DNA of 63,917 nucleotides, the filler included, from Octopus bimaculoides (Eukaryota): NCBI RefSeq assembly GCF_001194135.2. It is 9 parts of 9 records of this genome, joined end to end, with 100 filler letters (N's around TTAATTAATTAA, not from the genome) between each part and the next. Parts side by side here need not be neighbours in the genome. Positions count along the whole stretch, not along the records: positions 50,505 to 53,362 come from NC_068998.1; positions 53,463 to 62,807 come from NC_068987.1; positions 62,908 to 63,917 come from NW_026415398.1; 6 more parts are not named here. One strand, given 5' to 3'. The notes under the pieces are model-generated. The model saw only the letters and a program-made list of their open reading frames with translations. It searched no databases and was not told where the DNA came from. Shown piece by piece: positions 52,680 through 63,917 of this stretch (position 1 is the first letter of the stretch; each line of letters opens with the position of its first letter). A program made the translations under genes and the position numbers.

Positions 52680-53048
52680 GAAACCTTTTCACAGTCTATA
52701 AACGTGGCTCTCTGTCGGTTACGACGACGAGGGTTCCAGGTGATCCGATCAACAGAACAGCCTAATGTGCAAGTGGCTGAACACTCCACAGACACGTGTA
52801 CCCTCAACGTAGTTCTCGGGGAGATTAAATCTGACAAGGTTGGCCCTTTGAAATACAGGTACAAGAGAAACAGGAAGAAACAGTGAGAGAAAGTTGTGGT
52901 GAAAGAATACAAAAGGGTTTGCCACCATCCCCTGCCGGAGCTTCGGATGTTTTCACTCAATAAACACTCACAACGCCCGGTCTGGGAATCGAAACTGCGA
53001 TCCTATGACCGCGAGTCCGCTACCCTAACCACTGGGCCATTGCACCTC
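52680..53048 (-). mobile_element. tRNA-derived SINE family D
   Basis: Minus strand ggaggtgcaatggcccagtggttaggg..gtttcgattccc (A/B boxes); body shared with 22360-22600; related heads at 37060-37200 and 51145-51290. Confidence 0.7.
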
Positions 53049-54707
53049 CACACAATATATGATATTCTATTAGTGTTACTCACACACACACATACACACA
53101 GAGGTATATATATATATATATATATAAACATATATACATATACATACATATATATGTATGTAATTATATGTAGATATGTACCTGTGTGTGTGCATATCCA
53201 CACACACATACACACATACAACTTTATCATGGTAAATTGATTCATCTGTAACATGTTTGCCGCCCACATGTCAGGGCTAATAGTGTGCCATGGTATGTGT
53301 GTATATGTATATGGACATATATGTGTGTGTGCGCGCGCAAATATATATATATGTATATATATNNNNNNNNNNNNNNNNNNNNNNNNNNNNNNNNNNNNNN
53401 NNNNNNTTAATTAATTAANNNNNNNNNNNNNNNNNNNNNNNNNNNNNNNNNNNNNNNNNNNNTATATATATATATATATATATATATGCTCACAAGTCGG
53501 TACGTACAACATATGATGGGTATATATACTTGCCAATATTTTCTGCTATGTATATGGTGCATTGAATTACGTGCAAAATTCCTTCAACTGTCTGTGCTTA
53601 TTACACAGACAGTTTCCTATTTGCGGCAAGACGAATTGTGCAACTATATATCTTCCATTCGCATATAGAGTTCAATTGACAGGCAGCATTTCCGCTAAGT
53701 TATATAATATGTAATGCAATATCGAACAATGTCGAGCAAGAACTTGAAGTCACATAACTTATTATGGAGCATTAGGTTTTAATAAGCCGCAAACATGATT
53801 TGACTCTACAGCAAGCTAATGCTAAAACAAAATTAAAAAAACCATTCTAAACTATAATTGTTTTGGTTGCAATCTCACGAAATTAGTCGTATAATGGATT
53901 TACGTATTTATGTCAAAGATATATATTTATGCCACAGTGAAATTTTATACGCGGTAGATTTTATATAAATAAAATTATATAAGCAATTGCATTAGTTTGC
54001 ATGCCTTCGAATTTCATATGTACTTAAAGCAACAAGTTTTATCGTTAAACATTTGTTATATGTGTGTTTGTGTGTGCGTGTGATTGTCTGGGTGTGTGCG
54101 TGTGTGTTTGTACGTATGTGTTTGTATGCAATTATATGTCTANNNNNNNNNNNNNNNNNNNNNNNNNNNNNNNNNNNNNNNNNNNNNNNNNNNNNNNNNN
54201 NNNNNNNNNNNNNNNNNNNNNNNNNNNNNNNNNNNNNNNNNNNNNNNNNNNNNNNNNNNNNNNNNNNNNNNNNNNNNNNNNNNNNNNNNNNNNNNNNNNN
54301 NNNNNNNNNNNNNNNNNNNNNNNNNNNNNNNNNNNNNNNNNNNNNNNNNNNNNNNNNNNNNNNNNNNNNNNNNNNNNNNNNNNNNNNNNNNNNNNNNNNN
54401 NNNNNNNNNNNNNNNNNNNNNNNNNNNNNNNNNNNNNNNNNNNNNNNNNNNNNNNNNNNNNNNNNNNNNNNNNNNNNNNNNNNNNNNNNNNNNNNNNNNN
54501 NNNNNNNNNNNNNNNNNNNNNNNNNNNNNNNNNNNNNNNNNNNNNNNNNNNNNNNNNNNNNNNNNNNNNNNNNNNNNNNNNNNNNNNNNNNNNNNNNNNN
54601 NNNNNNNNNNNNNNNNNNNNNNNNNNNNNNNNNNNNNNNNNNNNNNNNNNNNNNNNNNNNNNNNNNNNNNNNNNNNNNNNNNNNNNNNNNNNNNNNNNNN
54701 NNNNNNN

Positions 54708-54744
<37 letters not shown>

Positions 54745-55335
54745 CATAATATTCATAATATTGTTTTAGATATTTTTCTTGCTAATAATTGAAGCTGTTA
54801 TACAGCAGCTTTATTGTTAGAAACTGTAAACGGAACTCTAGAAAATTTCGACTGAAATAACTATTTCACGAATGTATAATCAAAATTTGGCAGTCCATAA
54901 GGTTTTATAGTTAATATTGATTCGTACCAGATTAATACAAACCCCTGCTGTAAACTTTAATAAAAACTCAGTAATGTTATTAGGAAATATCATTAAATTC
55001 ATACCTTACAAACAAATTTTTAATAAGTCGACTCCTCAGTACAATATTCCAGCAAGTAACGGATACATTGCACGCCAACGCACCCACTTCTGATCCTAAA
55101 AAGACGACCTGTATATAGAAAAAATATGTTCGTGTGTGTGTGTGTGGTATATGCCATGATTAGCTATTTTTTTCCAAATAATACCGGTTGAGGAAATCGG
55201 CTGAAATGGATCTATAACACAGTATTATATAAATATTACAGTGTAAATGTGTGCGTGTGTGTGTGTGTGTGTACATATATATACTTATACACAGACACAC
55301 AGACACACACGCATACACATACACACACACAAATA

Positions 55336-55386
<51 letters not shown>

Positions 55387-56299
55387 NNNNNNNNNNNNNN
55401 NNNNNNNNNNNNNNNNNNNNNNNNNNNNNNNNNNNNNNNNNNNNNNNNNNNNNNNNNNNNNNNNNNNNNNNNNNNNNNNNNNNNNNNNNNNNNNNNNNNN
55501 NNNNNNNNNNNNNNNNNNNNNNNNNNNNNNNNNNNNNNNNNNNNNNNNNNNNNNNNNNNNNNNNNNNNNNNNNNNNNNNNNNNNNNNNNNNNNNNNNNNN
55601 NNNNNNNNNNNNNNNNNNNNNNNNNNNNNNNNNNNNNNNNNNNNNNNNNNNNNNNNNNNNNNNNNNNNNNNNNNNNNNNNNNNNNNNNNNNNNNNNNNNN
55701 NNNNNNNNNNNNNNNNNNNNNNNNNNNNNNNNNNNNNNNNNNNNNNNNNNNNNNNNNNNNNNNNNNNNNNNNNNNNNNNNNNNNNNNNNNNNNNNNNNNN
55801 NNNNNNNNNNNNNNNNNNNNNNNNNNNNNNNNNNNNNNNNNNNNNNNNNCTTCAAGGATCTTTTTCTTCTTTTTTTTCTGTCTTCTTTTAGTTGATCATA
55901 TTGAACCCAGAACTTATTTCAGTTCCGTACTTTTTTTTTTTCATCGATATCTATTAATCGAATGAGTGAGTTATCTTGCAGCGTAAATAGACCAAAACAC
56001 GACACACCGAATCGGCAGTGTACAGGCAGAAATCTACACACCCACAAACGCACACACGCACGCGCACGTACATCAACGCACACACGTACGCACACACAAA
56101 CACACACACACTCACACACATATACACACACAAGCACGCTCACAGACACACACACACGTAACAGCCTCATTTTTCAGGTGTCACACTGTAGCCTTTAAAT
56201 AAAGGAAGACACATTTAATAATATAGTCCAGTACCCACTGTACCAGCCAAATATTCGTGTGATATTCCCTGTCGGAACTATTTTCTTAAATTTTTTTTT

Positions 56300-56800
56300 G
56301 AAAATATTAATTAATATGATTTTGTCATAAAATATTTTTGAGGTTTGTGTTCATGGATGCAGTGCAGCTTTGGCATGACTTAGTTTCCTGCAAACACTGC
56401 TTAGGGTCAAAGTATTAAGGTGGGACGGAGGGATCCTTTAAGATCAAGCTAAATAACCACATTTAGGATTCCCAAAAGGCACAACGTCTCAACGTTAACC
56501 AGCTTTGTATGGTGCTAAAAAGAATAAGGGAACGCAATACAAAACTAATTAGAATCTGCTGGAAGCGAGAGGGCAGTATCTCAACGGAAGCAGACGGTAT
56601 GAACGTTCGTAAAAAACACATGATCGCGGTGTCTTCTCGAATTCAAAGAGTAAAATTTTTGGCCGATGCCCCCATGACAGAAATTTATTTGGAAACGTGA
56701 TCTTGTACGTTTGTGGATTAGAGAAAGAGAAAATGTTAACAAACTGACCCATTTTGGATACAGCTAGAAACGTTTGTCAAGAGATAACTTTTTCTTTCTC
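56300..56800 (-). mobile_element. Possible highly decayed Tc1/mariner remnant
   Basis: Only faint motifs (VCFR*DTALS resembling YCFQQDSAPS). Confidence 0.3.
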
Positions 56801-57861
56801 AGGATGAAATTTTTACGGTTTTCAAAATGACCAAGTCAGCATGTTTACCTGCATCAGTGATGGGGCTACGTGCTCTCGGCCTGCAGGTCTGAGGAATCGC
56901 TTATAAAGCTAAATGCAATAGCAGAGTTAAAGGCAATAGTAATTTTGGTAACTTTCTAACCGGTCATGTACCATATCCAAAGACACAACTCGACTTATAT
57001 ATACGTATATATATATATATATATNNNNNNNNNNNNNNNNNNNNNNNNNNNNNNNNNNNNNNNNNNNNNNNNNNNNNNNNNNNNNNNNNNNNNNNNNNNN
57101 NNNNNNNNNNNNNNNNNNNNNNNNNNNNNNNNNNNNNNNNNNNNNNNNNNNNNNNNNNNNNNNNNNNNNNNNNNNNNNNNNNNNNNNNNNNNNNNNNNNN
57201 NNNNNNNNNNNNNNNNNNNNNNNNNNNNNNNNNNNNNNNNNNNNNNNNNNNNNNNNNNNNNNNNNNNNNNNNNNNNNNNNNNNNNNNNNNNNNNNNNNNN
57301 NNNNNNNNNNNNNNNNNNNNNNNNNNNNNNNNNNNNNNNNNNNNNNNNNNNNNNNNNNNNNNNNNNNNNNNNNNNNNNNNNNNNNNNNNNNNNNNNNNNN
57401 NNNNNNNNNNNNNNNNNNNNNNNNNNNNNNNNNNNNNNNNNNNNNNNNNNNNNNNNNNNNNNNNNNNNNNNNNNNNNNNNNNNNNNNNNNNNNNNNNNNN
57501 NNNNNNNNNNNNNNNNNNNNNNNNNNNNNNNNNNNNNNNNNNNNNNNNNNNNNNNNNNNNNNNNNNNNNNNNNNNNNNNNNNNNNNNNNNNNNNNNNNNN
57601 NNNNNNNNNNNNNNNNNNNNNNNNNNNNNNNNNNNNNNNNNNNNNNNNNNNNNNNNNNNNNNNNNNNNNNNNNNNNNNNNNNNNNNNNNNNNNNNNNNNN
57701 NNNNNNNNNNNNNNNNNNNNNNNNNNNNNNNNNNNNNNNNNNNNNNNNNNNNNNNNNNNNNNNNNNNNNNNNNNNNNNNNNNNNNNNNNNNNNNNNNNNN
57801 NNNNNNNNNNNNNNNNNNNNNNNNNNNNNNNNNNNNNNNNNNNNNNNNNNNNNNNNNNNNN

Positions 57862-58176
57862 CTTTCAAAATACAAAGACCTGGAAATAGAGATAACTCGA
57901 ATGTGGAATCTAAAAACACAAACAATTCCTATCATAGTAGGTGCCTTAGGTATAATAAAAAAATATTCACACAAATACATAACAAAAATACCAGGACTTA
58001 CAAATATATGTAACATACAGAAAATTGCACTACTGGGTACTGCACACATTCTACGCAAAACACTTTCAATACAGTAAACATAAAAGCACCACAGCAAACC
58101 ACAGCACATACCCAAGGCGCACAGAGCTGCGCTCGGTAGTGAAGTGAAAGCACGTTATAAAAATAAAACTACTGAA
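57862..58176 (+). mobile_element. R4/Dong-clade LINE 3' end (restriction-like endonuclease plus 3' UTR), ending in (AAT)n
   Basis: Open frame 57862-58077 LSKYKDLEIEITRMWNLKTQTIPIIVGALGII..IQKIALLGTAHILRKTLSIQ*, the KY.DL..E...W....PI.VGALG RLE signature; 3' UTR runs into AAT repeats. Confidence 0.85.
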
Positions 58177-58237
58177 CAATAATAATAATAATAATAATAA
58201 TAAATGGAGCAAAACGCATATTAATAAAAGTTCCTTT

Positions 58238-58328
58238 AATGCCTACACATGTTTCAAAATATATGAGAGCACTTCTACAGAGAAGTAAGAGCTGCTGGAA
58301 TTCCACATATATTCATCTTCAGGGTATC
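58238..58328 (-). ncRNA. Inverted hammerhead copy (weaker stem I)
   Basis: Reverse complement gives CTGAAGA (58322-58316), the same stem II, GAAACATGTGTA with predicted cleavage after 58244; stem I GATACC/GGCATT has one mismatch and one G-U. Confidence 0.6.
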
Positions 58329-58487
58329 AACAAATAAATATATAAAAGCAAGACAAATACGAAATGATGAGGTAACTTACGAGCTAAGATGTTACATGGT
58401 CAGTAACATGGACTGACCATGTAACATCTTAGCTCGTAAGTTACCTCATCATTTCGTATTTGTCTTGCTTTTATATGTTAATTTATG

Positions 58488-58578
58488 AATTCCCTGAAGA
58501 GGAATATATGAGGAATTCCAGCAGCTCTTACTTCTTTGTGGAAGAGCTCTCATATATTTTGAAACATGTGTAGGAATT
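58488..58578 (+). ncRNA. Type I hammerhead ribozyme fold in a Penelope-like terminal repeat
   Basis: Stem I AATTCC(58488-93)/GGAATT(58573-78); core CTGAAGA 58494-58500; 12 bp stem II (58501-12/58549-60, two G-U); GAAA 58561-64; palindromic stem III ACA-TG-TGT; GTA triplet with predicted cleavage after 58572. Confidence 0.75.
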
Positions 58579-59037
58579 AAAGGAACTTTTATTTATATGC
58601 GTTTCGCTCCATTTATTATTATTATTCATATCTTCTCAAAATGCATCACTTTAACTTGGTATCTCTACCTGTAAAACGGCTGTGATATATTGGTTTCTAG
58701 TGTAATTTTGCTACCTCTGGTAACTATTAACATATTTACATTATCAAAGGTTTTTTTTAAACTGAGATAATACTAATATATACATAAGCTAAGATATATA
58801 TATATATATAAAGTAAAGACTACTGGCAAACATAATGTAGCTGTCCTGGAACGGACGATTGTTACTGTCGTTTAGCCCCAGGAAACATCGATTCCAGCTG
58901 GCGCTAAGCAACAGTGACAATCGACCATTCCAGGACTTTCACATTATGTTGGCGAGTAGTCTTTACATTAAAACGTAGTCAGAGAATATCTCTGTTTGTG
59001 AGATTGAGAAATAATAATGTTTCTATTTATATATATG

Positions 59038-59079
<42 letters not shown>

Positions 59080-59090
59080 TGTGTGTATAG

Positions 59091-59481
59091 GTGCAGGAGT
59101 GACTGTGTGGTAAGTAGTTTGCTTACCAACCACATGATTCCGGGGCCAGTCCCATTGCGTGTCACCTTGGGCAAGTGTCTTCTACGATAGCCTCGGGCCG
59201 ACCAAAGCTTTGTGAGTGGATTTGATACACGGAAACTGAAGGAAACCGTCGTATGTATGTGTGTGTATGTGTGTGTCTATGTGTCTCTGTTTGTCCTCCA
59301 CCATCACTTCACAACTGATGTTGGTATCTTTACGTTCCGTAACTTAGCAGTTCGGCATACGAGACCGATAGGATAAGTACTAGGCTTACAAAGAATAAGT
59401 CCTGGGGTCGATTTGCTCGACAAAAGGCGGTGCTCCAGCATGACCGCAGTCAAATGACTGAAACAAATAAAAGAATAAAAG
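59091..59481 (+). mobile_element. tRNA-derived SINE family B (CORE-like, octopus OR type) with internal (GT/AT)n
   Basis: tRNA head, caccttgggcaagtgtctt core, microsatellite, tail ending gctccagcatg..cagtcaaatgactgaaac. Other copies at about 1920-2030(-), 2400-2520(-), 21527-21980(+), 22170-22330(+), 34320-34510(-), 36240-36420, 45805-46130(+), 60492-60945(+), 61195-61620(-), 63835-63917(+). Confidence 0.88.
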
Positions 59482-61402
59482 AACATATATACACACACAC
59501 ACATACACACTCACGCATATATGTATCTATGTACGTGTTTGTGTGTGTGCATGCTTTTCTGTGCGTGTATGCATGTATGCGTGTGTGTGTGTGTGTGTGT
59601 GTGCATGCGTTTGTGTGATTGTGCGTATGTGAGTCTGCGTGTATGCGCGTGTGTATGTGTGAGCGTGCGCATGTTATGATAACTGATGGAACGGGTTATA
59701 CAGTATCCCCGCTTCATTAGAATCAATTCGTGATCTCTAGGGTAATGTGGATGCTGAATAATGCATTGAATTGGATGTTGTTGCTATTTCTAATTAGGCA
59801 GATGACATAAATTGCGTCACTAGAATAACAGTCATCGTATTGTTGTTTAGCCCTTGGCTAGCTTTCGTTTACCAAATCTATGATTAAGCTTGTTCCAACA
59901 GTCGTCGGCCTTTTTTTTTTTTATATTTTCAACGTCGTTGACAAATGTGTTCCATCATTCTTTAATTTGATAGAACATGATTTACGCATGATTCTTCTGT
60001 TAGCTCTTCAACAGCATGAGACTCTGTAGAGAAGGCTCTTTCATTTCAAAAAATTGTCTGACATATTGACATTCACCATAATTGTCACCGACCTCGAGCC
60101 TCCCCGTAATAAGATCGAACTATTAACTCTTGCGAACGTCTGTTAATTTTAAAACGCAATCGTCGTTGAGTCGCTTCATATCGAGTCTGTGTTTTGTTCT
60201 TGATGATGTTTTTTCTATTATTTTATAAGTGAGTATGTTTAGTCATATTAACTCAGAGGGAGTGTTAGGGCCCACAGCCTTTTACAATCACTTATAGCAA
60301 TTGTCAAATGCGAAATGTAAAAATCATTGATGAGGTTCTGCGTTAGCAATAACGATGTTACACTCAGTGACATTTGTAAATATGTAAATATGTCTGGTTA
60401 ATGTAGGCTGTAGAAAAAACATCTCATATCTGATATAGGACATATTAGCTAATGGTCGACGGAAATAAAAAAAAACAACGGTAAATAGAAGGCGTAGGTG
60501 TGGCTGTGTGGTAAGAAGCTTGGTTCCCAACTACATGGTTCATGGTTCCGGTTTCAGTGTCACTGCGTGGCACCTTGGGTAAGTGTCTTCTTCTATAGCC
60601 TCGGGCTGACTAAAGCATTATGAGTGGATTTGGTAGATGGATACTGATAAAGGCCCGACAAGAATATATGTGTGTGTGTCTCTGTGTGCGTGTATATGTG
60701 TGTGTGTCTGTGCTTGTGTGTGAGTGCGCGTCTTTCTGTCTGTTTGCCCCTACTTGTCCCCTACCACCGCTGGACAACCGGTGTTTCTGAAAAGCGGTTC
60801 GGCAAAAGATCCGATAGAATAAGTACTTGGATTAAAAACATCATCAGTCCTGGGATCGACTTTTTCTACTAAACACTCTTCAAGACGGTGTCCCAGCATG
60901 GGTGCAGTGAAATGACTGAAAGAACTAAGAGAAGTAAAAGAAGATTAAAACTTCTGGACAGGAAGTTGATGAGGAAAGAGTCGCGGTAAACATGTTCCTT
61001 CCGAAAGGGGATTATCAACAAGATCCTTTCAGAAAATAATTAGCTGAACAATACTGATCACTTATGACGAAATGGACCTTTAACAGTCACAACGTCCGTT
61101 TCAGGCTGACGACTGCTTAGGTATGACTTTAATCTTTTCGTCTTATACTCTTTTCGTCTCCTTCTTTGTTAACAAGCTGTTTTATTTTTTCATTGTTTCT
61201 TTTCATTATTTTCAGTCATTTGACTGCAGCCGTGCTGATGCACTCTGGTGAAGGGTTTTTGTCGGACAAATCAACCCCGCTCTCTTTTTAAAGTCGGGTA
61301 CTTATTCTATCAGTCTCTTTTAGCGAACCACCAAATTACGGGGACGTAAACACTCCAACATCGGCTTTCAAGAGGTGGTGGGTGACAAACACAGATCCAA
61401 AG

Positions 61403-61448
<46 letters not shown>

Positions 61449-62611
61449 ACGTATGCGACAGATTTCTTTCAGTTTTTCTCTGCCAAGTCCACTCACAAGC
61501 TTTGGTCGACCCGAGGCTATAGTGGTGGAAGACACTTGCCCAATGTATAACGCAGTGGGACTGAACCCGGAACTGTGTGGTTGAGAAGCAAGTTTCTTAC
61601 CACACGGTCACGCTTGCGCTTATGCAGTTTATTCATTCTATAATTGAGGCAAATATAGTCTAAATCTGAATGGAAATATGCGACATGATTGATTTTTTAC
61701 TTGTACCTGTAATTAAATGGTTTCTAATAAAATGTATTAGGAAACCAATCTATCTTCACTGCAGATTACGATTAGTATGAGAAAAATTGAAACTACAACC
61801 TTCTGTTTTCTCACAAGTTGCTTTATCAGAACTCATTTAGTACAAGCGTGAGCTGCCATAGTTTCTCTTTTAATTTCCTCTCGAGATTTCCGTTTATTTA
61901 TCGATGCCAATAACCTTTAGTATTATCAACACGTCTCCGCCATATTAACTTACATTAGGGAAGCCTCGTTATGAAAATTATATAAATAAAAGTTGGCAAA
62001 ACGAAGTCATAAAAGTGCGTCAATACACACAACATACATCTGCATATTTAGCTGCCAACAGAGAATTCAAAGCAGACTTTAATAATGTATTTTTTATGAG
62101 ATTTTTTCCCCTCTTTTTCATATTTTTCTTCCTTTGATCACTATTATATTTTCTTTCTCATTTTCCTCCTTTATTATTTTTTTTTTTCTTTTTCAATGGT
62201 GAAAAAGAACAATATTTTCACTTCTAGCAATGTCTTTAGCTCCGATGATTGGCATATTTCTGAAAATAACACATAATTATCCGAGTGTTTGTTATGTTAC
62301 CATATTTCTAATCAGTTAGACGAATCAAATGATGCTCAGAGGAAATTCTCAAATGCAACAAATAAAATTAACATTTATTTCCCGATATTTTTTTTCCTTT
62401 TTAGCTTGTGTTCTCTTCTTTTTACTTTGTGCTGCTTTTATATTTATTTTATTTTCTTTATTCTTTTGTTTCTTTGTGTTTTTTTAATGTCTGTTGTTCT
62501 CCTTTTTTTTTTCAGAATAAAAAACAGGTTATTTAAAATATCGATTCAAAACATTATGTCAAGAAGTGTGTAAGTACATAGATACATACATACATGCATA
62601 CATTCACACAT

Positions 62612-62648
<37 letters not shown>

Positions 62649-63033
62649 GGTAAATATGCATATACATATATATGTATATATATATATATATACATAAATA
62701 TATATACACACGTATATGTACACACGTGTGTATACGTATATATATATACATATATATCATATATATATTATATATATATGTAATATATATATATATATAT
62801 ATATATANNNNNNNNNNNNNNNNNNNNNNNNNNNNNNNNNNNNNNNNNNNNTTAATTAATTAANNNNNNNNNNNNNNNNNNNNNNNNNNNNNNNNNNNNN
62901 NNNNNNNTACATATATATATATATCAGTAACATGAATATATATATAGGTATACCAGTAACAATATAGACAGACAGTTAGATAGACATATATGTGTGTGTG
63001 TGTTTGTGTGTATGTAAGTATATGTGTATATTT

Positions 63034-63114
<81 letters not shown>

Positions 63115-63499
63115 CACATATATATATATATTTATATAAATAAGGATAAGATCGTTATTCAAAATACAGATCATATCAAGTGGCTAGCATGGGAATAAAA
63201 ACCTCTTAGGTAATAATTATTATTAAAATTATAATTAAGGGTATCTAAAGATACCACCATGCTAGATATAGCAGCCAAAACTTGACTCTAGAACCACATT
63301 AAATGTTCATACTGCACCAGTAGAGAAGACGAAGAGACAAAATAAACTAGCAAAAAATTACTGGATAATTCCAGATCCCGGATTTCTGGCTTTGTATAAG
63401 AAATACTTTGCCTCATCAGTGGAATACACACAAGATAGTACATAAATACAAATATATATATACACCATATGAATACTTACATATACGCACATATAATTT

Positions 63500-63567
<68 letters not shown>

Positions 63568-63917
63568 CATACATACATATATACACACGCACATATATAC
63601 ACACACATACATATACAAACACAAATGTACATCTGAGGTAGCATATGAATCCACATTGTCACAAGAAATGTAAAGAAAGCAGCTCTGTCCAGCATGTTAT
63701 TTTATCAAGAGCAATTCTGGAAAGTAAACCAACCACATTATAAACATTATCCCTAACATGGCTTCAGCCTCTGGCTGAAATCAGAATAAAATCAAGGCTG
63801 AAAAATAAATATATATACATATATCTATATAACATAGGTGAGCAAGTGTCTCCTACTATAGCCTCGGGCCCAAAGCCTTGTGAGTGGATTTGGTAGACGG
63901 AAACTGAAAGAAGCCCA

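Larger units (their letters stand above)
58177..58626. repeat. ~450 bp inverted repeat (fold-back) of PLE terminal-repeat sequence
   Basis: Perfect 65 bp arms 58340-58404/58412-58476 with a 7 nt loop; outer arms about 120 nt with 8 mismatches by manual alignment; (AAT)n and (ATT)n at the ends. Confidence 0.95.

Noticed and set aside
52960-53048. tRNA gene candidates at SINE heads (here and elsewhere)
   Set aside because: Heads continue into multi-copy SINE bodies and lack complete cloverleaf ends.
55005-55108. 104 nt minus-strand segment with ag/gt ends and one open frame (VVFLGSEVGALACNV..)
   Set aside because: Weak pyrimidine tract, no recognisable homology, no phase-compatible neighbour.
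56964-58115. Minus-strand ORF MGMCCGLLWCF..
   Set aside because: Antisense shadow of the plus-strand R4/Dong endonuclease frame, extended by a gap.

Overview
AT-rich, gap-ridden eukaryotic sequence with abundant microsatellites; the SINE/LINE complement and assembly style point to an octopus draft genome, probably Octopus bimaculoides (inference, not a database match). One host gene is clearly identifiable: phosphoacetylglucosamine mutase (PGM3/AGM1) on the minus strand. It has six visible GT-AG exons between 12597 and 930. One internal exon and the N-terminal coding exon are not visible (probably in N gaps), and the 3' part lies left of the window. A CpG-rich housekeeping-type promoter/first exon (minus strand) lies at about 35.9-36.1 kb, and an orphan signal-peptide-like first coding exon lies at 45591-45642 (minus). 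The rest is mobile DNA: Penelope-like elements (Neptune and Naiad types), RTE, L1/Tx1 and R4/Dong LINE fragments, Tc1/mariner remnants, non-autonomous Helitrons, a hAT MITE and several tRNA-derived SINE families. The most interesting structure is a ~450 bp palindrome at 58177-58626 carrying two outward-facing type I hammerhead ribozyme folds around a perfect 65 bp snap-back core, stacked on a (TAA)n-associated R4/Dong LINE end. Other notable items are a further hammerhead inside the PGM3 upstream/intronic region, a perfect 29 bp snap-back at an RTE 5' junction and a GC-rich 55 bp minisatellite. Long X-rich ORFs in the supplied track are gap artefacts.
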